Program-made: the position numbers and the translations under genes | Notes under the pieces: model-generated | Database searches by the model: none | The model's input: the letters and a program-made list of their open reading frames with translations, nothing else | Told to the model about the DNA's origin: nothing | Shown: positions 18,569-27,496 of the stretch, piece by piece | Position numbering within the stretch: position 1 is the first letter of the stretch | Layout of the letters: each line of letters begins with the position of its first letter | Assembly (NCBI GenBank): GCA_965223155.1 | Contig: CBDCVR010000013.1 | Location: forward strand, 704,001 to 768,000 | DNA from: Candidatus Multivoradales bacterium | GTDB taxonomy: Bacteria > Acidobacteriota > Thermoanaerobaculia > Multivoradales > JAHEKO01 | Direction of reading: 5' to 3' | Length of the DNA: 64,000 nucleotides

Positions 18569-19410
18569 GCGACACCACCGCGACCGGCAAGACCCTGGCC
18601 GGCAAGACCCTCTTCATCTCGGGCGCCAGCCGCGGCATTGGCAAGGCCATCGCACTGCGGGCGGCGCGCGACGGCGCCAACGTGGTGGTCGCCGCCAAGA
18701 CCACGGCTCCGCATCCGAAGCTGCCGGGCACGATCCACACCGCGGCCGAGGAGATCGAGGCCGCCGGCGGGCGGGCTCTGGCGGTCAAGACCGACATCCG
18801 CGACGAGGCCCAGGTCGAAGCGGCCATGGCGGCCGGGGTCGAGCGCTTCGGCGGCCTCGACGTCCTGGTCAACAACGCCAGCGCCATCTATCTGGCTGGA
18901 ACGCTGCAGACTCCGATGAAGCGCTACGACCTGATGCACCAGGTCAACGCCCGCGGCACCTTCCTGTGCTCGCAGAAGGCCCTGCCCCATCTGCTCGAGG
19001 CCGAGAACCCCCATATCCTCAATCTCTCGCCGCCGCTGGGCATCAAGGCCAAGTGGTTTCAGAACCACGTCGCCTACACGATGGCCAAGTTCGGCATGAG
19101 CATGTGCGTTTTGGGCATGGCCGCCGAGTTCGCGGGACAAGGGGTCGCGGTCAACGCCCTGTGGCCGCGAACCGTCATCGACACGGCGGCCCTGGCGATG
19201 CTGCCCCAGGACGTCGTCGATCGGAGGCGCTGCCGGATGCCCGCGATCGTGGCCGACGCCGCCCACGCCATCCTCTGCCGGAACAGCCGCGCCACCACCG
19301 GCAACTTTTTCGTGGACGAGGACGTGCTGCGCGAAGAAGGCGTGACCGACTTTTCGGGGTACGCGGTCGATCCCGGCCGAGAGCTCCTGCCCGACTTCTT
19401 TCTGGACTAG
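18565..19410 (+). CDS. SDR oxidoreductase (HSDL2-like)
   Basis: ISGASRGIG, HPKLPGTIHTAAEEI, NNASAI, YTMAK, NALWPRT, PDFFLD. Confidence 0.9.
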   Translation: MSDTTATGKTLAGKTLFISGASRGIGKAIALRAARDGANVVVAAKTTAPHPKLPGTIHTAAEEIEAAGGRALAVKTDIRDEAQVEAAMAAGVERFGGLDVLVNNASAIYLAGTLQTPMKRYDLMHQVNARGTFLCSQKALPHLLEAENPHILNLSPPLGIKAKWFQNHVAYTMAKFGMSMCVLGMAAEFAGQGVAVNALWPRTVIDTAALAMLPQDVVDRRRCRMPAIVADAAHAILCRNSRATTGNFFVDEDVLREEGVTDFSGYAVDPGRELLPDFFLD

Positions 19411-20138
19411 CCTGCCGTCGCCGCCGAGCCGGACCGGGCACGTTCCAGGAGATCGGTCAGATCGGCTCCGACCTCCAGCTCGATCGGCTCGTCGCCGCGG
19501 GCGAACCAGCGCGCGCCGTTCGCGCCTTCGAGGACCGCGCGTCTGTCCTCGACTCGCAACCAGGCGCCCTCCCGCAGGCCCAGAATGGGCGTCGCGTTGT
19601 CCTCGTGAAACTCCCGGAGGCGCTGTTCGCGGGTTTCGCCCATGTGTTCGTCCGAGGGATCCGCGTCCACGAAGTGGGGGTTAATCTGCATCGGAACCAG
19701 AGCCAGGGCGTCGAAAGACCCGGGCTCGACGATCGGCATGTCGTTGGTCGTCCGGATTGTCGGACAGGCCATGTTGCAGCCGGCGCTCGCACCCATGTAG
19801 ACCATCCCGTTCCGGACCCGGGACCGGATCCGATCGAGCAAGCCCGACTCGCGCAGCAGCTTCAATAGCCGGAAGGTATTGCCGCCGCCCACGAACACCG
19901 CGCCCACCCGGTCGATAAGCTCCAGGCCGGCGGTGTCCGGTGTCGCCACCTCGACCTCGATCCCTTCCCGGGCGAAGCGGTTGACCGCCGCGGCGCCATA
20001 GGCGGCGCGGTCGTCGAGAGCGAAGGGCACGAAGGCGAGCCGGTCGAGATCCCCGAGAACCGCTCGCATCGCGCCGATACAATGATCCAGGTAGCCCTCG
20101 CCGAAGTTGGTGGAGTTGCTGATGAGGAGAAGCTTCAT
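19407..20138 (-). CDS. pepE: Dipeptidase E (peptidase S51)
   Basis: MKLLLISNST, VGGGNTFRLL, GASAG, TIRTTNDMPI, QINPH, HMGETREQR. Confidence 0.93.
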   Translation of the reverse strand: MKLLLISNSTNFGEGYLDHCIGAMRAVLGDLDRLAFVPFALDDRAAYGAAAVNRFAREGIEVEVATPDTAGLELIDRVGAVFVGGGNTFRLLKLLRESGLLDRIRSRVRNGMVYMGASAGCNMACPTIRTTNDMPIVEPGSFDALALVPMQINPHFVDADPSDEHMGETREQRLREFHEDNATPILGLREGAWLRVEDRRAVLEGANGARWFARGDEPIELEVGADLTDLLERARSGSAATAG

Positions 20139-20219
20139 GACCCTGAGTGTACCGATCCGCCCGGCCAGGACAATCCCGCGAACCGTCCTGGGCACCCGTA
20201 CCGGCGCTGGAGGCCCGCG

Positions 20220-20549
20220 ATGAGCTTCAACCATCGCCTGGGCCTCGCGCCGTCGCCCGACGGCGAGGCCGTCCAACTCGATGCCGGCGACGAGCACCTG
20301 ATCGCGCCCGACACCGTGCACTTCGCGGTCCTCACCACCCTGGGCGAGGTCGCCGCCGCCCAGGCCGCGGCGGCCCCGGTGGTTCCGACGGCGGTCTCGG
20401 TCCAGCTCATGCGCCGCGCCCGGACCGGGCGCCTCGAGGCGCGCGGCGAGGTTCTCAAGGCGGGCCGCAGCCTGATCTTCGCCGAGGGCACGGTGCGTCA
20501 GGACGACCGCCCGGTGGCGAAAGTCAGCGTGACCTTCGCGCGAATCTAG
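20220..20549 (+). CDS. PaaI-like hotdog-fold thioesterase
   Basis: FNHRLGL..HLI...VHFAVLTTLGE..VQLMRRA..GEVLKAGRSLIFAEG..VAKVSVTF. Confidence 0.75.
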   Translation: MSFNHRLGLAPSPDGEAVQLDAGDEHLIAPDTVHFAVLTTLGEVAAAQAAAAPVVPTAVSVQLMRRARTGRLEARGEVLKAGRSLIFAEGTVRQDDRPVAKVSVTFARI

Positions 20550-21526
20550 TTGGTCTGAAGCCCGTCCGCCGCCGCGGCCGACAGGGTCTCGGCGGCGCGG
20601 TCGCCAACCGGCTGGAGCCAGTGGTTCCAGTCCGCCAGCTCGCCGCGCACCGCCTGGAAGAAACGCTTCTGGAGCCGCAGCGTCACCGGACCCGGACGGC
20701 CCTCCCCGATCAAGCGGTCGTCGACCTCACGGATGGGGGTGACCTCGGCCGCGGTGCCGGTGAAAAAGGCCTCGTCGGCGACGTAGAGCTCGTCCCGGGT
20801 GAAGGTCCTTTCCCGCACGTCCAGTCCCTCGGCTCGTGCCAGGTGCATGATCGTGTCCCGGGTAATGCCTTCCAGAACGTTGTTGAGCGGCGGCGTCATC
20901 AAGGCGCCGCCGCGAACGATGAACAGGTTCTCGCCGCTGCCTTCGGCCACGTTGCCGCTGCCATCGAGCAGAATCGCCTCGTGGTAGCCGAGGCGCACCG
21001 CCTCGCGCTTGGCCAGAATGGAATTCAAGTAGTTGCCCGAAGCCTTGGCCTTGAGTAGGGACGAATTGGGGGAGTGGCGCTGGTAGCTCGACACCTTGGC
21101 GCGAATTCCTTGCTGGAGCGCTTCGTCGCCCAGATACGCGCCCCAAGGCCACGCCATGATGCCCACCTGGACCGGGTTGTCTTTCGGATAGACGCCCATG
21201 CTGCCCGCGCCCAGCACCGCGATGTGCCGGAGATAGCAGGATTCGAATTCATTGCGCCGCACCAGCTCCACAGAGGCCTCGCGCAGGGTGTCCCGGTCGT
21301 ACGGGAGATTGATCTCGACGATGCGAGCCGAACGCTCGAGCCGAATCAAGTGGTCCTCGAGGCGAAAGACTGCGGTTCCGCCCTCGCTCAAGGCGTATGC
21401 CCGCGTTCCCTCGAAGATCCCAAGACCGTAATGCAGCGTATGGGTTTTCAGATGCAACCGGGCCGCTTCGGTGGGAATGAACTCACCGTCGAACCAGGTG
21501 TACTTGGGATTTACTCGTTCACTCAT
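20546..21526 (-). CDS. ilvE: Branched-chain amino acid aminotransferase
   Basis: LHYGLGIFEG, WGAYLG, AKASGNYLNS, EGSGENLF, LEGITR, GTAAEVTP. Confidence 0.95.
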   Translation of the reverse strand: MSERVNPKYTWFDGEFIPTEAARLHLKTHTLHYGLGIFEGTRAYALSEGGTAVFRLEDHLIRLERSARIVEINLPYDRDTLREASVELVRRNEFESCYLRHIAVLGAGSMGVYPKDNPVQVGIMAWPWGAYLGDEALQQGIRAKVSSYQRHSPNSSLLKAKASGNYLNSILAKREAVRLGYHEAILLDGSGNVAEGSGENLFIVRGGALMTPPLNNVLEGITRDTIMHLARAEGLDVRERTFTRDELYVADEAFFTGTAAEVTPIREVDDRLIGEGRPGPVTLRLQKRFFQAVRGELADWNHWLQPVGDRAAETLSAAAADGLQTN

Positions 21527-21694
21527 GAAGGTCAGTTTAGCAGACGGTTCTGGGGCACCTCGCGGTGCCGTTGCGGCCCGAAACTCCGCGGCGGCGCCCC
21601 GTGCCGGGGCCTGCGATAAGCTCCGAAGCCGGACTACTGCCTCGCCCGCCGCGCCGGGCCGCCGATCCAGAACAGCCCAGCCGGGAGACCTTGG

Positions 21695-23641
21695 ATGATG
21701 ATCGCTACCTCTCTATTTGAACCCGAGCGCTCGGCGTCCCGAGCAGCCGAGCCCCTCGTGCTGCTCTCCCTTCTGCTCCTGCTCTTCCCGGCGGCGGCGT
21801 CCACCCAGGACTGGACCGGCAACGCCGCTCTCGGCGTTCAGGTCCGGGGCGGGTCCGGCAAGCCGCTCGCCGGCGCCGAGGTCGAGATCGCCGCTCGGCA
21901 CGGCGGCCAGGTAGGGGGACCGGCAGCCCGCCGGACGGACTCGCGCGGCCAGGCGAACTTCGTCGGGATTGCCCCCGGCACCTGGAGTCTCGAGATCCAC
22001 CATCCCGAGCATCTCTCCTATGTCGCCACGGTCGTTATAGACGGACGCAAGAAGCCCGAGATCGTCACCCAGTTCCTGGAGGTGCGCGGCACCGGACGGG
22101 GTACGATGAAGGTCAAGTTTCTGAAGAGCTCGCAAGCACTCGGACAGCCCCTGGCTCCGAGCGAGATGCCTCCGGCACTCCCGGCAGCCGAAGCGGCAGC
22201 CACAGAACCGGAACCGGCCGAACTGCCCCAACCGGATCCCCAGGAGCCGGTCGAGCCGGAACCGGCGGCACCGGCCCCAGTTCAGCCGGCTCCGAGCGAG
22301 CCCATTCCAAGCGGATCTACCCCGAGCGAATCCACTCCCACCGAACCGGGCCCGAGCGAGCCGGCTTCGGTCACGCCCGGATCTCCTGAGCCCGTGGAGA
22401 CCGCGCCGGTTTCGCGCGTTGCGGAAGCTCCGGAAGCTCCGGACGTTGCCGCCGCCGCCGAGACTCCAGCCGTCGAGCCGGAGCCGGCGGTCGCCGAAGT
22501 CGATGCACCAACCCCGCAGCCAGAGGCGCCAACGGCCGAGGAGGCCGCCGAACCGGTGAGGGTCGAGCCCGAACCACCGGCTACGACGGCTCCACCGAGC
22601 CCCGAGATGACGTCCCCGGCAGTACCCGCAATCGACGAGCCCGTGGAGGATGCCGTGTCTCAGGTCGCCGCGGTCGCGGAACCAGGAGCTCGGGAGCCCA
22701 CGGCGGCACCGGTCGAACCCGCGCCGGCAGTGGCTCCGGAGACCCCGCCAGAGACCGAGACCGGAGCAGAGACCGCGGAGGTAGCGGTCGCTGAGGCCGA
22801 CGCCACGGAGGACGTCTCGAACACGGCTTCGGCCAGCGCTTTGGAGACGGCGGCGGAAACTATCGAGGCGGCAGCGCCCGCGACCCCGGATCCGGTCCCG
22901 ACTTCAGCTGCGGACACGGCACCCCCGCCAACTCCGAATTCGGTAGCTGCACAGTTTCCGGCTCCGACGGATTCCCCGCCAGAGTCCCCCGCCCCGACAT
23001 TCACGGTAGCACCCGCGCCAGGGGACGCCACTCCAGCCGAGCCCGCCGAAGCTGAGACCGAGGCCGAGGCAATGGCCGCGCCAGACGCCCAGACGGAGGC
23101 TCAACCACTGCGCTCGTACGCGACCCGGACTTGCGCCGAATGCAAGCCTGGAGAATGGGCCGCCGACGCGACCGTCGCGGTGGCCCCCGGAAGCGCTCCG
23201 TGCCGGGCAACCGCCGAGCGCAGCGTGCGCCGGGCCATGCGCGACGTGGGCACCATCGCCAGCGCGCCGCTGGCGAACTCCGCCGGACCGCTCGAGTTGG
23301 ACCTGAGCGCCGAGCCCTTCCGTTCGGTCACGACCGCGGCGCGGACCACCCTGGCCCCGTACTTGGATCCAAACGCCAACTGCCGGTTCGTCGGCGTGGT
23401 GCTGCCGGCCGGCGCCCGCTTCTCGGGCTTTCGCTCGCAGGCGTCCGACACGACCGGCGTTTCCGAGTGCCTGGGAACCCAGGACTGCGCGATCGGCGGC
23501 GCGCGGTTCGTCTTCAGCCCCGGTGTCGTGCGTGGCGAGGGCGCCACGCTGGTCTTTACCCTGTTCGAAAACACCGGTACCGCCCGCCGCAACGCCTCGC
23601 TCTCGGCCTACTTCGAGCCGACGGGCACCTGGCGGCCCTAG
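21695..23641 (+). CDS. Secreted protein: carboxypeptidase-regulatory-like domain, long P/E/A/T linker, Cys-rich C-terminal domain
   Basis: Signal LVLLSLLLLLFPAAAST; GKPLAGAEV..TDSRGQANFVGIAPGTWSL; ~320-aa low-complexity tract; CAECKPGEW. Confidence 0.75.
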   Translation: MMIATSLFEPERSASRAAEPLVLLSLLLLLFPAAASTQDWTGNAALGVQVRGGSGKPLAGAEVEIAARHGGQVGGPAARRTDSRGQANFVGIAPGTWSLEIHHPEHLSYVATVVIDGRKKPEIVTQFLEVRGTGRGTMKVKFLKSSQALGQPLAPSEMPPALPAAEAAATEPEPAELPQPDPQEPVEPEPAAPAPVQPAPSEPIPSGSTPSESTPTEPGPSEPASVTPGSPEPVETAPVSRVAEAPEAPDVAAAAETPAVEPEPAVAEVDAPTPQPEAPTAEEAAEPVRVEPEPPATTAPPSPEMTSPAVPAIDEPVEDAVSQVAAVAEPGAREPTAAPVEPAPAVAPETPPETETGAETAEVAVAEADATEDVSNTASASALETAAETIEAAAPATPDPVPTSAADTAPPPTPNSVAAQFPAPTDSPPESPAPTFTVAPAPGDATPAEPAEAETEAEAMAAPDAQTEAQPLRSYATRTCAECKPGEWAADATVAVAPGSAPCRATAERSVRRAMRDVGTIASAPLANSAGPLELDLSAEPFRSVTTAARTTLAPYLDPNANCRFVGVVLPAGARFSGFRSQASDTTGVSECLGTQDCAIGGARFVFSPGVVRGEGATLVFTLFENTGTARRNASLSAYFEPTGTWRP

Positions 23642-23799
23642 GGGTCTAGCGGCCCCAGAAGACCCGCGGGACACCCGGCCGCCGTTCCGGCGGTCGCGAA
23701 GCGTTGTGAAGTCTGCAATAGGCGCGGCCGCCATCGGCGCCTATCCTTACCGGCGTTGGCCCAAGTCACAGCGTACGCACTGGGAAAGGACGCTCTTTC

Positions 23800-24543
23800 G
23801 TGCCAAAACAGCTCAAGCTCCTCGTCATCGGTCCGGAAGACCACCTCCCGGACAGCGCTCACGAAATCCTGCGGCGGGATGCGATCCGCATGCATCGGGT
23901 GCAGACGGCCGCCGAGGCGCTCATCCTGACCGGCAATATGCCCTATGACCTCCTCATGGTGGCCGAGCCCCTTCCGGATCTGGACACTGCCACGATCCTG
24001 GGATCCCTGCAGTCCCTGGACTGGACCAGCGCTGGCGCGCCGGCGATGGTCTTCGTGAGCCCAGCGGCGATCGAAACCGCCGCTACGGGACTGCAACGCT
24101 TCCCGGTCCGGGTTCTGTCTCGCGACACCGAACGCGGTGAGATTCAGCAGGCGATGGCCGAGCTTCTGGGCGTAGCCGTGCGTAGCTCGATGCGTATGAT
24201 CGTCAACATCCAGGTCGAGCTGGAAGAGGCCGGCACGCTCCGCTGCTTCCAGTCGGAGAACCTGTCCGAGTCGGGGATGCTGCTACGGGGCGCCCGCTCG
24301 ATTCCGGTCGGAGCTCCTCTGCGAGTGGCCTTCAATCTCCCCGACGAGACAGACCCGATCACCGGCAAGGCGATCGTGGTGCGCCACACCGGACCCGGTG
24401 AGGCCGAAGGCATCGGTATCCGCTTCGTGGATTTCGCCGAAAGCCATGTCTTGCGGCTGCGGCGCTTCGTGGATCAGTCTCTCGGAAACGTCGCCACCGA
24501 CGCCAGGCCCGGGGAGCGACCGCACTCCACGCCCGCGCTCTGA
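23800..24543 (+). CDS. Pseudo-receiver plus PilZ domain protein
   Basis: RSSMR (RxxxR), NLSESG (N/DxSxxG), GIGIRF; N-terminal REC-like region without the phospho-Asp. Confidence 0.85.
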   Translation: MPKQLKLLVIGPEDHLPDSAHEILRRDAIRMHRVQTAAEALILTGNMPYDLLMVAEPLPDLDTATILGSLQSLDWTSAGAPAMVFVSPAAIETAATGLQRFPVRVLSRDTERGEIQQAMAELLGVAVRSSMRMIVNIQVELEEAGTLRCFQSENLSESGMLLRGARSIPVGAPLRVAFNLPDETDPITGKAIVVRHTGPGEAEGIGIRFVDFAESHVLRLRRFVDQSLGNVATDARPGERPHSTPAL

Positions 24544-24562
24544 GGTCGGTCGGACCGGACCG

Positions 24563-26965
24563 TCAGCGCTCGTCGAAGACGTCCTGAAGATCCTGTCGGA
24601 GGCGCTCCATCGCTTCGGTGAGGCGCTCGCGGACCGCTTCCTGCTGAACCTCGAGCTCGCGGCGCAGCTTCTGAAACTCCCCGCGCCGGGACTCCATCTC
24701 AGCCCGTAGCCGATCCGCCTCGGCCCGCAGCTCGGCGAGAGTCTCCGGAGAGGGTCGAAGCTCGGCCGTCTTGCGGCGAATCTCCAGACGGAGGTGGCGC
24801 CGCTCCTCGGGGTCCTCGGCCGACTCGACGCGCCGGGCCATGGCCTCCAGCTCCCGAGAAGCCGCCTCCAGGCGCCGCTCGAGCTCGCGCTCATGAGCGA
24901 GCAGCGTGCGCTCGAGCTCACGCTGCCGCCGGCCGTCGAAAAGCTGCCGAGTCTGCCGCTCGAACGTGGTGTGCAAACGCTCGAGCTCGCGACCGTAGCG
25001 GTCCTTGAAGGTCCGCATTTCGCGCTCGATGCGGGCCAACTCCCGCTCACGCTCGCGATCCGCTATCTCACGGGCACGGCGCCGCTGCTCGGCGCGCTCA
25101 CCCGAGGCTTCGAGATCGGTGGCGAGGGCTTCGACCGCCGTCTCGAGCGCCTCGGCGGTGTCCGCCGCCAGCAGCGCTAGCTCGCCTTCCTGAAGGGCCT
25201 CGAAGTCCAGCTCGACGGCACTCAGCGCCTCTTCGGCGGCACTTGCCGCCGCCACCCAGGCATCCACCAAGTCGTCCTGGAGGAACTGCCAACCCTCGGT
25301 GTCTTCGCGCTCGTCTCCCCTTTCGTCCGCGGCTTCGTCCTCCCAGACCCAGTCCTCGCGGGACGAATCCGAACCGTCAGCGTCGGCGACGAAGGGCGCC
25401 AGCGCGGCCACGACCGGAGCCGGAGCGGGCTCGAACTCCTCGACCAGCCACCGCACTACCGGTACCACCGCGGCGGCGGGAGCACTCAGAACGGGGTCGG
25501 GTGCCGCTGCTGGAGCCGGCGGTGCCGGTGGAGCCAGTGAAGCCAGCGGGCGCACGACGGAGGCGGTCCAGGAAACGGGCTCTGGCGCGCCTCCGCGGAC
25601 TTCGTCCACCTCTTCGCACGGTGACTCCGCCACCTGCGGCGCCACAGGCGGCGACGGCAGCCCGCGCACGGTCCAGGCTCGGTCATCCGGCCGAGTCGAC
25701 GGCGCCAGCACCGCCACCGCCCGGACCCTCGGAGCAGCCTCGCGCGCTTCGACTTGCGCCGGAGGCGTGGGCGCCGGCTCCTCCACGAGCCGGCCGGCGC
25801 TCACCACCGACGGCACCGCCGCGACGGTTAGCAGCAGCACGGGGAGCACCGCCACCTGCAGCCAGCGCGGCACCTCGGCTCGGGGCAATGGATAGTTGCG
25901 GTCCAGGAGTCTCCGCACCCGCGCGCCGAACTGGGACGTCGAGGAGCTGGCCATGGTCGAGGCCTGAAAAACGGTCGCGTCGGCCTGGCGCCAGCCGGCA
26001 ACCCGGGTCAGGCACTTGGCCAGGGTGATCGGCCGTCCAGTCTGCTCCACCGCCCAGTCGTCACACTGAAGCTCGGCCAGGTGGCGGAGGCGGGCCGCCG
26101 CAACGAAGTTCAAGGGCTGAAAGAAGAGGAGCTGGCAAACCACGCGCAGACCCAGCTGCCAGGCGGTGTCTCGCCGCACGAGGTGCGCCAGCTCGTGGGC
26201 CAGAACGATCTCCTGCTCGGCCTCGTCCAGCTCGTCGGCGGCGCGGCTGGGCAGGCAGACCTCCCAGCGCCGGATGCCGCGGGCGAGCGGCGTCCACAGC
26301 CAGCGGCAAACGCTCAGGGCAACGTGCCGGCGAATCCCGGCTCCCTGCCGAAGCCGGTTCAGAAGCGAAGGCACCGGTCCCCGGTCGAGCGGCTGGCGGC
26401 CCAGCAAGCGCTGGCAGAGCATGCCGTAGGCGGTACCGAGGCGCATCAGCAACAGCATCGCGATCGCCAGCCACGCCCCGACGGCGACCGCGGCGGGCCT
26501 CGCCCGGGTGGCGGCAAGAACGCTCGAAGCGCCCGCGGCCAGGCTTCCTGCCGCTCCTCGGGCAAGCCGCCGCAGGGTACCGCCGTCAACGGATCCTGAA
26601 GGCCCGGCCACGGCCAGAGCTTCCTCGGGCAGGGTGCCGGCTGGCAGCGCGGCGGCGGACGCCGCCGTCCGGGCGGCAGGCCCCGGAGTCGCGATGGCCC
26701 CGCCGGCAACCGGGCCGGTCTCGGCGGCCGAGTTCAAGACGATCGGAACCGTGCCGCCAAAGGGCCGCCAGTCTCCCACGCCAGCGAGGCCGAGCTGCAA
26801 GCTCGTGGTCAGAAGAGCGCCCACGAGCGCGAGCCGCCAGATCCGTTCCTCGAGCGCCGCGTTGCGCCCCGCCAGCACGGCCGACAGCGCCCAGGCCGAC
26901 AGCAACAGGACGGTGCTGTGCAGCCAGTAGGTCAAGAGCCACGACAGAACCAGATCCACCATCAA
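24563..26965 (-). CDS. BlaR1-like M56 metallopeptidase with coiled-coil C-terminus
   Basis: TM segments, VLAHELAHLVRRD (HExxH), FFQPL, ELQCDDWAV, RVRRLL. Confidence 0.9.
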   Translation of the reverse strand: MMVDLVLSWLLTYWLHSTVLLLSAWALSAVLAGRNAALEERIWRLALVGALLTTSLQLGLAGVGDWRPFGGTVPIVLNSAAETGPVAGGAIATPGPAARTAASAAALPAGTLPEEALAVAGPSGSVDGGTLRRLARGAAGSLAAGASSVLAATRARPAAVAVGAWLAIAMLLLMRLGTAYGMLCQRLLGRQPLDRGPVPSLLNRLRQGAGIRRHVALSVCRWLWTPLARGIRRWEVCLPSRAADELDEAEQEIVLAHELAHLVRRDTAWQLGLRVVCQLLFFQPLNFVAAARLRHLAELQCDDWAVEQTGRPITLAKCLTRVAGWRQADATVFQASTMASSSTSQFGARVRRLLDRNYPLPRAEVPRWLQVAVLPVLLLTVAAVPSVVSAGRLVEEPAPTPPAQVEAREAAPRVRAVAVLAPSTRPDDRAWTVRGLPSPPVAPQVAESPCEEVDEVRGGAPEPVSWTASVVRPLASLAPPAPPAPAAAPDPVLSAPAAAVVPVVRWLVEEFEPAPAPVVAALAPFVADADGSDSSREDWVWEDEAADERGDEREDTEGWQFLQDDLVDAWVAAASAAEEALSAVELDFEALQEGELALLAADTAEALETAVEALATDLEASGERAEQRRRAREIADRERERELARIEREMRTFKDRYGRELERLHTTFERQTRQLFDGRRQRELERTLLAHERELERRLEAASRELEAMARRVESAEDPEERRHLRLEIRRKTAELRPSPETLAELRAEADRLRAEMESRRGEFQKLRRELEVQQEAVRERLTEAMERLRQDLQDVFDER

Positions 26966-26966
26966 G

Positions 26967-27347
26967 CTACCCTCGGCTTTCCTTGTCGGCGACCAGCCGG
27001 CGGAGCTCCGCCAACTCGTCCGTGTCGATTTCGTGCTCGGAAATGAGATGACTGACGAGTGCCGCCACGTCGCCCCGGAATAGGCGGTCGGTCAGCGTCT
27101 CGACCATGCCGCGGCGCACGCCCGCCTCGGTCACCGCCGGACGGTAGATGAACCGCCGGCCCTCCGCGCGATGGGCGACTACGCCCTTGGCCTCCATCTT
27201 GCGCAACATGGTGGCGATCGTGGTGGGCGCGAGACCGCGCTCGCTCAGAAGCTCGGCATGCACTTCGGAAGCGCTGGCCTCGCCTCGGGTCCAAAGCACC
27301 CTCATGATCGCCAATTGCAAGTCCCCGAGCTGGTGTTTTCGACTCAT
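26967..27347 (-). CDS. blaI: BlaI/MecI/CopY-family repressor
   Basis: LGDLQLAIMRVLW, LAPTTIATMLRKMEAKG, GRRFIYRP, LFRGD; GGAGG RBS. Confidence 0.92.
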   Translation of the reverse strand: MSRKHQLGDLQLAIMRVLWTRGEASASEVHAELLSERGLAPTTIATMLRKMEAKGVVAHRAEGRRFIYRPAVTEAGVRRGMVETLTDRLFRGDVAALVSHLISEHEIDTDELAELRRLVADKESRG

Positions 27348-27378
27348 TCCGTACCTCCGGCGGTTGTCAACGACCCCG

Positions 27379-27408
27379 ATAGTACTACCGTAGTAGTTTT
27401 CACGTCAA
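27379..27408 (-). promoter_or_regulatory. Sigma70-type promoter of blaI-M56 with overlapping palindromic operator
   Basis: TTGACG-N18-TACTAT on the minus strand; TACTAC-C-GTAGTA inverted repeat at 27383-27395. Confidence 0.7.
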
Positions 27409-27428
27409 GGCCGCCGCTCGAGTCATCC

Positions 27429-27470
27429 AAAAAAAAGAACCCCCTCCCAGTCCTACGACCGGGAGGGGGT
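27429..27470 (-). terminator. Intrinsic terminator after the beta-barrel gene
   Basis: Stem ACCCCCTCCC/GGGAGGGGGT followed by a run of 8 T on the minus strand. Confidence 0.85.
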
Positions 27471-27496
27471 CCGGGTTCTGACGAAAGCGACCGCTG

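Noticed and set aside
22170-23100. CRISPR-like or DNA tandem repeat array
   Set aside because: Repetition is imperfect, codon-level and inside a reading frame, with no constant repeat-spacer structure and no cas genes.
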